Below, in pieces: positions 37,768-47,468 of a stretch of 64,000 bases of DNA. Numbering within the stretch: the stretch's first letter is position 1; each line of letters opens with the position of its first letter. Source of the stretch: Patescibacteria group bacterium (GTDB taxonomy: Bacteria > Patescibacteriota > Patescibacteriia > Veblenbacterales > UBA10138); NCBI GenBank assembly GCA_041645215.1, contig JBAZQK010000002.1, forward strand, positions 15,435 through 79,434, in the 5' to 3' direction. A program made the position numbers and the translations under genes. Under the pieces are notes generated by a model. That model did not search any database, was not told the origin of the DNA, and worked only from the letters and a program-made list of their open reading frames with translations.

Positions 37768-39618
37768 ATGGATCAAGCGAATAAAATTATTGAAGTTATT
37801 CCGCTGGTACGCCTGCCGCGTCATCAGCAGTTTTTTGATTATTCAGTGCCGGTTGAACTTAAACTTGAGCCAAGTATTGGTGATTTGGTAACCGTTCCGT
37901 GGCGCCGTCAAATTGTAGACGGCGTGGTGGTTGGCATTAAAAAACACTCAACCCTCAAAATAAAACTAAAAAATTTGCAAGCCATAGTGTTTAAAAATTA
38001 TATGCCCATAACCCAACTAAAGTTAGTCAAATGGGTAGCTGAATATTATGGAGTAGCTTTGAGTTCGGCCTTGCAGTTGGCTCTGCCCGTATTGCCCAAT
38101 AGGCGTTATCAACCAAACCTGAACATTTATAACGGTGTTGTAAAAAAAATTAAACCAAGTCGGCCTTATATTTTTGCCGGTGGCAGTGCCGGCGAACAAA
38201 CCACTGTAACCGCCTCGCTCATAAAAAAAGTTTTGCGGCGGCGGCAACAAGTTTTAGTTTTGGTTCCAACCAAATTTGAATTACGGGTTTGGCAACAACG
38301 GCTAGCTGATTATCCGGTCATTATATTTTCGCCGTCCTATAAAATAACCGAACAACGCGCGGTTTGGGAAGCCTGCCGATCAGGCCGCCCCGCCGTTATT
38401 ATTGGTTTGCGGTCGGCCTTATTTTTACCTTATGTTAATTTAGGCGGCATTATTATGACTTCGGCCGATGACGCAAGTTATAAACAATGGGATCAAAATC
38501 CCCGTTATCATGGCCTGGCGGTGGCCCGACAGCTTAGCCAGCTGACTGGAACTGGTCTGGCATTAATATCAGCGGCGCCGAGCGTGGAATTATGGCAGGC
38601 GGCTAACGCTGGCAATTTAATCTGGCGAAATTTAGCAGCCCCCGCGACTAAATTTACTTTAATTGATATGATAAAAAATCGAGCCGGCGGCGATAGCGGA
38701 GTTATTTCTAAATTATTGTGGCAAGCTATAAAACTAAAATTAGACCGAGGTGATAAAGTTTTTTTGTATCTTAACCGGCGCGGAACGGCCACGGCAGTTT
38801 TATGCCCTGATTGCGGTTTTGTTCCCATTTGTTTGGTTTGCCAACGTAATTTAGTGTGGGCGGAAAACTTAAAAAAATTATTTTGTTTTCATTGCAATGT
38901 TGGTCAGGATTTAATTATTCCTTGCGTTAAGTGCGGTGGTAGCAAGGTTGATTACAAAGGTATCGGTTTGGACCGATTAAATCAGGAAATTATCAGACTG
39001 TTGCCTGATTACCAGCCATTAATTATTGAGGGTGATGTCACAGACGCCGAAGTTAATCTTGAACATCATAATTTAATAATTGGCAGTCAAGCGGCCTGGT
39101 CAAAATTAGCTTGGTCGGACATTTCTTTAGTTGCTTTGGTGGCGCCCGATGGCGAGATGACTGTGCCCGAGTTCAGATCAACCGAAGAAGTTTGGCAAAA
39201 AATCAGGCGGCTGTTAAATTATAATGTGGAAGTTGTCGTCCAAACTTATCGGGCTGATAACCATATTTGGAAAAGTTTTTTAAAAAAGGATATGACCGTA
39301 TATTATAAAGCGGAATTGGAATTAAGAGAGAAATACGGCTATCCGCCGGCGGTGGAGTTGGCGCGCTTCACTTTTCAAAATCAGAATCAAGTTGAGGCTA
39401 AAAAACAGGCGCTTAAGGCCCGACAATCGTTAATGGCGGTGTTACCGGCGCAGTCTAGCTTATCCCCCGTTTATGTGGATTATTATCAAAGCGCGCGCGG
39501 GCGGTATCGCTATCATATCTTGCTTAAATATCAGTTTGGCACTAAAATCAATCAATTGTGGCAAGTTTTACCAACAGCGGCCATAATAGACCGTCAGCCG
39601 TTAACGGTTTTAAGTTGA
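37768..39618 (+). CDS. Primosomal protein N-prime (PriA)-like with degenerate ATPase motifs
   Basis: PriA-like N-terminus, VLVLVPT, DDASYKQWDQNPRYHGLAVA and Cys4-type zinc cluster; Walker A reads GGSAGEQT and DEEH is SADD. Confidence 0.55.
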   Translation: MDQANKIIEVIPLVRLPRHQQFFDYSVPVELKLEPSIGDLVTVPWRRQIVDGVVVGIKKHSTLKIKLKNLQAIVFKNYMPITQLKLVKWVAEYYGVALSSALQLALPVLPNRRYQPNLNIYNGVVKKIKPSRPYIFAGGSAGEQTTVTASLIKKVLRRRQQVLVLVPTKFELRVWQQRLADYPVIIFSPSYKITEQRAVWEACRSGRPAVIIGLRSALFLPYVNLGGIIMTSADDASYKQWDQNPRYHGLAVARQLSQLTGTGLALISAAPSVELWQAANAGNLIWRNLAAPATKFTLIDMIKNRAGGDSGVISKLLWQAIKLKLDRGDKVFLYLNRRGTATAVLCPDCGFVPICLVCQRNLVWAENLKKLFCFHCNVGQDLIIPCVKCGGSKVDYKGIGLDRLNQEIIRLLPDYQPLIIEGDVTDAEVNLEHHNLIIGSQAAWSKLAWSDISLVALVAPDGEMTVPEFRSTEEVWQKIRRLLNYNVEVVVQTYRADNHIWKSFLKKDMTVYYKAELELREKYGYPPAVELARFTFQNQNQVEAKKQALKARQSLMAVLPAQSSLSPVYVDYYQSARGRYRYHILLKYQFGTKINQLWQVLPTAAIIDRQPLTVLS

Positions 39619-40817
39619 TGACGGTGGTGGAAAAAATTTTATCCAACGTAAAGAAATTTTATTGGTTCAGCTTTTTTAGCGAATGGGTTTTTTGGATACC
39701 GGTCGTAGTTTTGTTCTGGCAAAAGAACGGTTTAAACTTGACGCAGATAATGGTTTTGCAAGCTATTTTCGCTTTGGCCGTGGTAATTCTGGAAGTGCCG
39801 ACCGGCGTGGTGGCGGACAGGCTCGGACGAAAAAAGAGTTTACTCCTCGGAGCAGCCTTTAGAATTACCGGTTTCACCGCTTACGCTTTGGGTTTTAATT
39901 TTGGGCAGTTTATGGTTGCCGAAATAATCCTGGCCTTTGGCGCCAGTTTTATCTCCGGCGCTGATACGGCTTTTTTGTATGACAGCCTAAAACAGGTTAA
40001 TAAGGAGAGTCAGTTTAAAAAAGTGCGGGGACACAGCAATTCTTTAGGATACTTAGCCGCCGCCTTAACCAGCATGGCTGGCGGCTTTATAGCCGTTTAC
40101 AGTTTAAGGCTGACGTGGTGGTTTAGCGTAGTTGGCATGATTTGTCTTTTCCTGGTAGCGCTGACCTTCGTTGAGGCTAAACATTCAGACGAGCCAGCGG
40201 TCAAGGACGGTTATTTAAAGCACTTGGCTGATTGTTTTAAAGAATCGCTTCATAATAAAAATTTTCTTTTTCTCTTGCTTTTTTATTCAATCCTGACGCT
40301 GTTCGCCAGAGTTAGCCTATGGTTTTATCAGCCTTATATGAAGCTCTCCGGCTTAGACATAGTTTATTTTGGCATAGTTTGGGCCAGTTTTAATTTGTTT
40401 GCCATCAGCGGCGGTAAGGCGGCGGATAGAATTGAACGATATTTAGGCGAACGTAGGAGTCTGTGGCTGATAGTTATGATAATACCGCTGTCTTTAGTGT
40501 TTATGAGTCAGTGGTTTGTAATTTGGGGACTAATTTTTATTTTTTTGCAGCAATTTGTCAGAGGGTTTGCCGCGCCGGTACTTGAAGACTTCACTCACCA
40601 TCATTTGTCCACGGCCAAAAGAGCCACGCTGATGTCCATTAGGAACATGGCCGGCAGTTTAGTGTTTGCAATTTTAGGGCCGGCGTTCGGTTATCTGGCG
40701 GATACTTATTCATTAAGCACAGCTTTGGCAGTGGCGGGAGTGAGTTGTTTTATTTTATTCGCGGCGCTCTTAATTTGGAACCGGTATAGAGATAATTTTA
40801 AAAATGTTGTAAGCTAG
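39618..40817 (+). CDS. MFS transporter
   Basis: 12 TM helices; GVVADRLGRKK-type loop motif; TGATG overlap with upstream stop. Confidence 0.65.
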   Translation: MTVVEKILSNVKKFYWFSFFSEWVFWIPVVVLFWQKNGLNLTQIMVLQAIFALAVVILEVPTGVVADRLGRKKSLLLGAAFRITGFTAYALGFNFGQFMVAEIILAFGASFISGADTAFLYDSLKQVNKESQFKKVRGHSNSLGYLAAALTSMAGGFIAVYSLRLTWWFSVVGMICLFLVALTFVEAKHSDEPAVKDGYLKHLADCFKESLHNKNFLFLLLFYSILTLFARVSLWFYQPYMKLSGLDIVYFGIVWASFNLFAISGGKAADRIERYLGERRSLWLIVMIIPLSLVFMSQWFVIWGLIFIFLQQFVRGFAAPVLEDFTHHHLSTAKRATLMSIRNMAGSLVFAILGPAFGYLADTYSLSTALAVAGVSCFILFAALLIWNRYRDNFKNVVS

Positions 40818-40852
40818 ACAGTAGTAGTGTAAAATAGTTTGACTGTAAGTTT

Positions 40853-41383
40853 ATGTTGCCTTTAATTATTGCTCCCCATCCCCTGTTGCGTCAGGTAGCC
40901 GCTCCGATTGACCTTTCAGCCGGTGGGCTTAAGCTGCGTTCTTTTGTAAAAAAAATGTATAAAGCCATGCTGCATTACGATGGCATTGGTTTGGCAGCCC
41001 CGCAAGTTGGGCAGAGCGTCCGTTTAATGGTGATGAATACTCCGGGAGAACCGACAGTTTATTTTAATCCGGAAATTTTAAAAACCTCCTGGCGTAAAAT
41101 TGTGATAGAAGAAGGTTGCTTGTCGGTACCTGATGTTTACGGTTTAGTAAAACGGCCAGCCAGAATTCAGGTGCGCTACCAAACCTTGATGGGTGAAATA
41201 AAACAAGAATGGCTGGATGATTTATGGGCGCGAGTTTATCAACATGAGGTTGATCACCTTAATGGGGTGTTATTTATTGATTTAACGCGTGATTTTCTCC
41301 AAGGTAAGGAATTGCTTAATCACTACCTCGGCGCTAGCGCGGGTACTAACAAGAACGTCAAAAGTTATACGCGTCGGCGGTAA
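40853..41383 (+). CDS. def: Peptide deformylase
   Basis: GIGLAAPQ, EGCLSVP, HEVDHLNG motifs. Confidence 0.85.
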   Translation: MLPLIIAPHPLLRQVAAPIDLSAGGLKLRSFVKKMYKAMLHYDGIGLAAPQVGQSVRLMVMNTPGEPTVYFNPEILKTSWRKIVIEEGCLSVPDVYGLVKRPARIQVRYQTLMGEIKQEWLDDLWARVYQHEVDHLNGVLFIDLTRDFLQGKELLNHYLGASAGTNKNVKSYTRRR

Positions 41384-41414
41384 ATTTAGCAGAATTTTAC
41401 AAAAATTTTAAGGT

Positions 41415-42338
41415 ATGGATTACAAATTTACCTATTATGGAACCAGTGATTTTTCCGCTCAAATTTTACAAGGGTTGGTACAATCCGGTTTGACTCCGCA
41501 ATTAGTAATTTCAACGCTAGCCAAACCGGCCGGACGGAATTTAACAGTTCATTCAACCCCAGTTAGTCAGCTGGCGGCTAGTTTAGGCATTGAGATTTGG
41601 GAGGTTAGCAATTTAAAGTCAGTTGAACAGCCGGCTAAAATTGCGGCCCGGGCGCATCAATTCGCAATTTTAGCCGCTTTTGGCAAAATTATCCCAGCCG
41701 CCGTCTTGGGCTGTTATCCGGGGGGCATAATTAATGTTCATCCATCGTTACTGCCGCTTTATCGAGGGCCATCACCCATTCAGTATGCCATTAAAGATGG
41801 AGCGGCCGAAACCGGCGTTAGTTTAATAGTTTTAGATAATGAAATTGACCATGGGCCGATTATTGCCCAAAGCGCCTGCGCGCTAATGCCAGTTGATGAT
41901 GCGGTAACTTTGGCTAATAAATTGGCACCCCTGGCAGTTAAACTTTTACTTGATAATTTGCCCGGTTATCTAAATGGATTGATAACACCCAAGCCGCAGA
42001 ATCACCTTCAGGCAACATTCAGCAAAATGATATCGCGCGCCGACGGCCAAGCTGATTTCAACAAAACCGCGCTGGCAATTGGGCGGCAACGACGCGCCTT
42101 TACCCCCTGGCCCGGGCTTTGGACTTATTGGCGGGAAAAGCGTTTAAAGTTGATAGATGTTGCGGTGTTTGATTATCAAGATACTCCAGGTAAAGTGTCA
42201 TTGATTAATAATCAGGTCGTCATTAGTTGTGGTCAAGGCAGTTTAGCAGTTAAATTACTGCAATTGGAAGGTGGCAAACAATTAACTGCCGCTGATTTCA
42301 GCCGCGGACATAAAGATTTTATTGGCAGTACCTTATAA
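41415..42338 (+). CDS. fmt: Methionyl-tRNA formyltransferase
   Basis: IINVHPSLLPLYRG formyltransferase motif; def-fmt order. Confidence 0.8.
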   Translation: MDYKFTYYGTSDFSAQILQGLVQSGLTPQLVISTLAKPAGRNLTVHSTPVSQLAASLGIEIWEVSNLKSVEQPAKIAARAHQFAILAAFGKIIPAAVLGCYPGGIINVHPSLLPLYRGPSPIQYAIKDGAAETGVSLIVLDNEIDHGPIIAQSACALMPVDDAVTLANKLAPLAVKLLLDNLPGYLNGLITPKPQNHLQATFSKMISRADGQADFNKTALAIGRQRRAFTPWPGLWTYWREKRLKLIDVAVFDYQDTPGKVSLINNQVVISCGQGSLAVKLLQLEGGKQLTAADFSRGHKDFIGSTL

Positions 42339-42431
42339 TAAATAACACTGTGCTGTACGGTCTAATTCCCCGAAGAAGTAAGAACTCTACGGGGCGCAGC
42401 GTACGAATAAGGCGAAGGATAAAAAATAATT

Positions 42432-43487
42432 GTGAAAAAGCAGTTACAAAAATATAGTTTATTATGGTTGCCAATTTTATTAGTTGGCTTATTATGGTTG
42501 CCAAGTAAGTCTAACAGTGCCGTGATTCCAATTAGTAACAAAGTTACAATTTTAGCCGTGGGCGATATTATGCTGTCACGCAATGTGGCCGCTAAAATTG
42601 CTAAAGCTAAAAATCCCTTGCTCCCTTTTCAACAGGTTAAAGATTTATTACTGGCGACTGATTTTAATATAGGTAATTTGGAGTCGCCCTTTTCCGGTAA
42701 AGATACTTATCCTAAAACCGGCAGTTTGGTGTTCAACGCGCCGCGGTGGTCAGTTCAGGGTTTGGTTAAATATAATTTTAAAGTTTTAAGTTTGGCCAAC
42801 AATCACGTCCTTGATCAAGGGCTTAAGGGACTTATTTATACTAAGAATTATTTAGCGCAAAATAATATTCAAGCCATTGGCGCAGGCCAAAATTTAAGCG
42901 AAGCTTGGCAGCCCGCTATTATTGAAGCCAAGGGAGTTAAAATAGGTTTTATAGCCGCTTCTTACGCTTCGCTTAATGATAATGGTAAAAAGAAGAATGA
43001 ATACGTGGCTCGTCTTGAGGATTTGGATAATTTAAAAAAATCCATTGCGCAGGCCAAAGATAAGGCTGACTTAGTAATAGTCAGTCTACATGCCGGTACA
43101 GAATATAAACATCAGCCTAACAATGCGCAAATTAAATTTGCTCACGCCGCCATAGACAACGGCGCGGATTTGGTAATTGGCCATCACCCGCATTGGGCGC
43201 AGACTATAGAAAAGTATAAAGGCAAATATATTTTTTACTCCTTAGGCAACTTTATTTTTGACCAAATGTGGAGTACCAAGACACGGCAAGGTTTGGCTGT
43301 TAAATTTACAGTAAACGTTAATAATCAAACTAGCGGCGCTAAGGCCGCTTTTGCTCAAGCCGAGTTAATTCCCGTTATAATTGACAACTACTCCACTCCC
43401 CGCTTGACTAATTCCAAAGAGTCCACGATTATATTGAAATCAATTGGTGTGGTTGATAATGTAATTGATTTAAATTCAGAAAATTAA
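42432..43487 (+). CDS. CapA-family metallophosphatase (poly-gamma-glutamate synthesis/capsule-like)
   Basis: ILAVGDIMLSR and LANNHVLDQG motifs. Confidence 0.65.
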   Translation: MKKQLQKYSLLWLPILLVGLLWLPSKSNSAVIPISNKVTILAVGDIMLSRNVAAKIAKAKNPLLPFQQVKDLLLATDFNIGNLESPFSGKDTYPKTGSLVFNAPRWSVQGLVKYNFKVLSLANNHVLDQGLKGLIYTKNYLAQNNIQAIGAGQNLSEAWQPAIIEAKGVKIGFIAASYASLNDNGKKKNEYVARLEDLDNLKKSIAQAKDKADLVIVSLHAGTEYKHQPNNAQIKFAHAAIDNGADLVIGHHPHWAQTIEKYKGKYIFYSLGNFIFDQMWSTKTRQGLAVKFTVNVNNQTSGAKAAFAQAELIPVIIDNYSTPRLTNSKESTIILKSIGVVDNVIDLNSEN

Positions 43488-43560
43488 ATTGTTTCTTTAG
43501 GCTAGAGATTTGTTTATTTCACGCAATGTTTGCTGATATGAGAAGTAGTGAACGAAGCGA

Positions 43561-43634
43561 GGAAGGTTTTTTCCTGCGAGCGTTCATTCTTTTTTGAGGA
43601 AGGTTTTTTCCTGCGAGCGTTCATTCTTTTTTAA
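43561..43634. repeat. Tandem 37-bp repeat x2 (GGAAGGTTTTTTCCTGCGAGCGTTCATTCTTTTTT) forming imperfect hairpins
   Basis: Seen directly; second unit overlaps the 3-prime end of the minus-strand methyltransferase gene. Confidence 0.6.
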
Positions 43635-44349
43635 TGATGGCGATATAAATTGATTTATCAGAATCAATAAAATTTCTGACTCTCCAACCAGTATTTTTCA
43701 AAATATTTTTCATTTGGTTTTTAGAAACAAGTAAGTAATCAAACCAATCTCCAATATATTTCTTGAATCTAATTCTAATGCGAAGTTGCCCAGGCATTCT
43801 TCCTCTTTTTTCGTTGAACTTATGATAAGAGAGGTGTACCGGATCGTCTGTTTTATAAACATCATTGCTTTCAGCGAGTATCAAGGCGTTAGAGCTGGTT
43901 ATTTTGTGAAGTTTCTTGAGTAAGGATTTGGCTTTCTTAAAACTACCAAATAAACCAAAGTTGTTGCCGAACATGATAACAGTATCAAAAGTTTTTGGTT
44001 TGAATGTGCCGATTTTTTCAATAGGTAAAACTTTGGCGTTCTTTACACCACGCTTTTTACAGACTTTTATAGCAAGTGGTGAATTGTCTATGGCAATCAC
44101 ATCAAAATTTCTTTTCTGAAGATAAAGAGAATTGCGTCCAGCCCCAGCACCGATATCAAGGATTTTACCTTTGGCTAACTTGATTGCTTGTTTTTCAATT
44201 TTCGGCCAATCTTTAAAATTCGCAAAATAAGCCGATGCACCTCCCGACAGACCAATGAAACCGTCATCTCTTTCAACGACTTCATAAGAATCTTTTTTGA
44301 GGAAGAATGCCCATACCTCTTGTCCGTAAGCATCTTTGTTTGTATCCAT
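43621..44349 (-). CDS. Class I SAM-dependent methyltransferase
   Basis: Motif I ILDIGAGAGRNSLYL. Confidence 0.7.
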   Translation of the reverse strand: MDTNKDAYGQEVWAFFLKKDSYEVVERDDGFIGLSGGASAYFANFKDWPKIEKQAIKLAKGKILDIGAGAGRNSLYLQKRNFDVIAIDNSPLAIKVCKKRGVKNAKVLPIEKIGTFKPKTFDTVIMFGNNFGLFGSFKKAKSLLKKLHKITSSNALILAESNDVYKTDDPVHLSYHKFNEKRGRMPGQLRIRIRFKKYIGDWFDYLLVSKNQMKNILKNTGWRVRNFIDSDKSIYIAIIKKE

Positions 44350-44372
44350 ATTGGTTTGATTATGACTGGGAT

Positions 44373-44768
44373 TTATTCCTTAAAAAGTTTTATCCAGCCT
44401 AATTTTAACCACAAAACTATTTCATCGTAGGATTGGACACTCTTATCAGGCATTTGCAAAAGTATCACTTCAATATTTTTATTATAAATCAAATTTTGAG
44501 CAATGCCAAAGCCTATTTCAGCAAAGGTTTCAGCGCCGATGTATCCGGTGATGGCGTTTTTATCTTCATTCATAACAAAAAGAATATCCGTTTCGGTTAT
44601 GTTTTTAAAAAATTCCGTATGCACCTTTGGATATTCTTCTAAGAAAGTTTTCTTGGGAACTGGCAATGGGTAGCCGGTAACTAAATAGCCATTATCTTCC
44701 CAAAACTTTTTCCAATGTTGAACTTTTTCTTGCGGTCCGGCGCTGCCGACAATAACAACTTTTTTCAT
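44373..44768 (-). CDS. LOG/SLOG/nucleoside 2-deoxyribosyltransferase-fold protein (short)
   Basis: VVIVGSAG N-terminal and ITGYIGAETFAEIGFGIAQ resembling the LOG PGGxGTxEE / NDT glycine-rich motifs. Confidence 0.4.
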   Translation of the reverse strand: MKKVVIVGSAGPQEKVQHWKKFWEDNGYLVTGYPLPVPKKTFLEEYPKVHTEFFKNITETDILFVMNEDKNAITGYIGAETFAEIGFGIAQNLIYNKNIEVILLQMPDKSVQSYDEIVLWLKLGWIKLFKE

Positions 44769-44826
44769 AATGAGTAATGATTGTAAAATAGTGTGATTTG
44801 AGCTGAAGACGAAAAGGCAAAAAACA

Positions 44827-45273
44827 TTACTTTAAAAAGCTATCATACAGTTCAAAAGCTTTTAAGCATTCGTTTTTTACATTAACGGGAATGTGTTCTT
44901 TGTTTAAATCATTTTTAGTAAACCACCCAAAATTCTTTAACTCATTATTTATTTTTAGTCGTTCTGGATTTATGGCCTTGCAAACATAATACAGCGAACA
45001 ATGGTCATGGTCGCCAACTGAATGGACATTTACATAAAAAGGCGTAGCCAGATTATATTTGACATTTCCTTCTTCGGGTAAATCACTGACGTTGAGAATT
45101 TCTACGTCAATTCCGATTTCTTCTTTAATCTCACGAAGCAAGGCCTGGTCAGGAGTTTCGTTTTCGTCAATATGACCTCCCACAGCCAGCCATAAATCCA
45201 AACTTTTATGGTGAATTAGTAAAACCTTGTTTTCATGAATAATATATCCTGTAACGACTAAATCCGTTTTCAT
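44827..45273 (-). CDS. NUDIX hydrolase
   Basis: Nudix box GGHIDENETPDQALLREIKEEIGI. Confidence 0.7.
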   Translation of the reverse strand: MKTDLVVTGYIIHENKVLLIHHKSLDLWLAVGGHIDENETPDQALLREIKEEIGIDVEILNVSDLPEEGNVKYNLATPFYVNVHSVGDHDHCSLYYVCKAINPERLKINNELKNFGWFTKNDLNKEHIPVNVKNECLKAFELYDSFLK

Positions 45274-45398
45274 ATTGTGGCTTGAGTCTAATATGTTAAA
45301 TTTTGATAAATTGACGTTGAGATAATTATCAGTATCAGAAATAAGATAATGTTTGTAATTGCCGGATTAAGGAATTTTTTCCAGTTCATAGGTTTAAT

Positions 45399-45659
45399 TT
45401 ATTGATAAATATCATGGTCGCCGACTGAATGAAAAAATACTGCGTCTTTGTCCTTGGAAAACTCAAAAATTATTCTATATTTATAGCCAATAGAAAAAGA
45501 TAAAAACCCACTTAACTTACCTTTAAGCTTGTGGGTTTTTAGTTTAGAATCAAAAGGATTTTGTCTAAATATCTTTTCCTGCTGTTCAGCGATATCTTTG
45601 ATATTGTCCGGCAGCCTTTTGTATTCCCGGGCGAATTTTGAACTATAGATTACCTCCAT
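45399..45659 (-). CDS. RelE/ParE-family toxin
   Basis: 86 aa; KTHKLKGKLSGF...YRIIFEF...VGDHDIY pattern typical of RelE/ParE. Confidence 0.6.
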   Translation of the reverse strand: MEVIYSSKFAREYKRLPDNIKDIAEQQEKIFRQNPFDSKLKTHKLKGKLSGFLSFSIGYKYRIIFEFSKDKDAVFFHSVGDHDIYQ

Positions 45660-45671
45660 AAAAGGCAGTGA

Positions 45672-45887
45672 TTATCTCAAAGCTTTTAAAGATTTTAAAA
45701 CCTTACCATTGCCGGAGTTAATTTCTTGACGGCTTTGGTTAAGCTCGCTTAAGAGCTTACCCTCTTGCCACTCTCTTAAAATATGGCGAAAAAATTCGCT
45801 GGTAGAGGAATAATTTCCGGTTTTGACCATGTCTTTTACGGTTTTAGCCATTGGGGATGGCAGTGAAATGTTAATTACTTTACGCAT
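45672..45887 (-). CDS. Antitoxin (RHH/ParD/RelB-like) partner of the RelE/ParE toxin
   Basis: 71-aa ORF directly upstream of the toxin; STSEFFRHILREW motif. Confidence 0.55.
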   Translation of the reverse strand: MRKVINISLPSPMAKTVKDMVKTGNYSSTSEFFRHILREWQEGKLLSELNQSRQEINSGNGKVLKSLKALR

Positions 45888-45995
45888 ATGTTTAAATATT
45901 AATTGTAATAGTTTGTATTACAATATTATCAAATCTTAAAAACATTGTCAAATGCTATAAAATAAGCGGCATTTTCTTTAACTGTATACGCTGTG

Positions 45996-46478
45996 TTAGG
46001 CGATGTTAATTTTACTTTTTATGATTTTTTCCTCTATTAATGATGTTCTGATTTTATTTACACCAGAGGATAAAAAAATTGTTTTAATTCCTGGAAATTT
46101 GCTTTCGACATTCTTTGCAATATCTTTTCTTCGTTTTATTTTGTCTTTTTCATTTGAAAAAACCAAAAAATTCGGTTTTATTTTCTTTAAATTTTCATCG
46201 TCATATAAGGCCCTATTTGTCACAAATACATAATCAACAGCTTTTAATCCTAATAATAATTCAGCACGTTGTTTTTCTGGAATTATAGGACGATGATTTC
46301 CTTTGGTTTTTTTAATAAATCTATCACCGTTAATTCCAATAACTAAAATATCGCCGAATTTTTTGGCTTTTTCAATAAAACGAAGGTGTCCTATGTGTAA
46401 AATGTCGAAACACCCACCCAATAAAACAATTTTTTTTAGTCTGTTCAGATCGTTACCTAGTATATCTAAAGAAGTCAT
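45996..46478 (-). CDS. Cytidylyl/adenylyltransferase (HxGH nucleotidyltransferase; RfaE domain II / TagD-like)
   Basis: LLGGCFDILHIGH motif; ~160 aa. Confidence 0.65.
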   Translation of the reverse strand: MTSLDILGNDLNRLKKIVLLGGCFDILHIGHLRFIEKAKKFGDILVIGINGDRFIKKTKGNHRPIIPEKQRAELLLGLKAVDYVFVTNRALYDDENLKKIKPNFLVFSNEKDKIKRRKDIAKNVESKFPGIKTIFLSSGVNKIRTSLIEEKIIKSKINIA

Positions 46479-46504
46479 AAAAAGTAAAATTAATTTCGTT
46501 TAAC

Positions 46505-46680
46505 GTTCCAGAATATGCGATATTTGCCATTGCTATAATATCGCGAAGCGGTAGCAGTGGCAAATATGGGTGTAGCGAGGTGCAACCGAGCGAAACCGCA
46601 TATTCTGTGTTAAGTGAGGCGTAGGCCGAGCCCGAGGGCAACGTCCCGAAGGGCTGGCGAGAGTTACAATTTTTTTCTTA
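46505..46680 (+). ncRNA. Candidate small structured RNA ending in an intrinsic terminator (nested inverted repeats, then hairpin plus T7)
   Basis: Stems CAGAATATGCG/CGCATATTCTG and ATATTTGCCATTGC/GCAGTGGCAAATAT; GC hairpin at 46624-46660 followed by TTTTTTT on plus strand only. Confidence 0.3.
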
Positions 46681-47131
46681 TAAAAGATTGAACGATATTT
46701 AACTCGAGATACTTTTTTTGTAAATCAGGGGGGAGATGTCGGAAATCCCCAATAGTATGTCGGCAGTTTTGGCCCTTACATTCACATTGAAGGGTCCAAT
46801 TATCTTCATCCATTGTTGTTGAATAATCATAAAAAATTTCTTGACCTGGTGAAATATCTTCAATTGCCACAAGAAACCGATCATCCTTAATACCGGCATT
46901 TGGCGAGCATGAATGGTTGACTAAAACACCAGGCTCTTGAATATCAATATACTCTGTTGACCCAATTTGAAGCGGACAACTTAATTTATCTAATGGTTTT
47001 TGCAGTGCCTGTTCAGGAGAGATAACTGGACCTGTAAATTCAAGCATGCACTCGCCTTTGAGTATTGGCTTTGTTGCAAATACACCTCTGCCAAAATTGC
47101 CGCTATCCATAATTTCAATTTTTCCCGACAT
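46664..47131 (-). CDS. SET-domain protein lysine methyltransferase
   Basis: NHSCSPN, EIFYDY and post-SET CECKGQNCRH motifs. Confidence 0.75.
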   Translation of the reverse strand: MSGKIEIMDSGNFGRGVFATKPILKGECMLEFTGPVISPEQALQKPLDKLSCPLQIGSTEYIDIQEPGVLVNHSCSPNAGIKDDRFLVAIEDISPGQEIFYDYSTTMDEDNWTLQCECKGQNCRHTIGDFRHLPPDLQKKYLELNIVQSFIRKKL

Positions 47132-47186
47132 CGTTTTAATGGTTAAAATTACTGGCGAATTTTGCCTAACTGGTTGCTATGCGAAC

Positions 47187-47468
47187 CCCGTTAGAAATTT
47201 TGAAGAAAAGATTTTAGTCTATTTTTCAAATATCGCCTTCCCATCCCCGATTTTAAATACTTTTCTCAACTTTTGGCATCAGTCTCATTTATACATGCTT
47301 CATAGTAGACAAGCTTCCATGGTCTTTTCCCTTTGGTGGAACGATTGATTCCTTTATTATGTTCAGAAAATCTTTTCTTCAAATTATTGGTATAGCCAAT
47401 ATACAAGAGTAATCTTTTAAACTTTAAAGAAGATAAACGCAACAAAATGGCATATAATTTCTAACGGG
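47187..47468. mobile_element. CCCGTTAG-TIR element (copy E3) carrying a degenerate GIY-YIG ORF; TIR CCCGTTAGAAATT/AATTTCTAACGGG; 6-bp direct repeat GCGAAC (47181-47186 and 47469-47474)
   Basis: Seen directly. Confidence 0.65.
47266..47452 (-). pseudogene. Truncated GIY-YIG nuclease-domain ORF inside element E3 (no ATG, lacks C-terminal helix)
   Basis: Translation ...LLLYIGYTNNLKKRFSEHNKGINRSTKGKRPWKLVYYEA... contains the GIY-YIG core; opens right after a TAG inside the TIR. Confidence 0.5.

Noticed and set aside
44373-44768. Calling the 131-aa ORF specifically a nucleoside 2-deoxyribosyltransferase
   Set aside because: The glycine-rich motifs fit the LOG/SLOG family at least as well, and the protein is shorter than either family's typical length. 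It is left at superfamily level.
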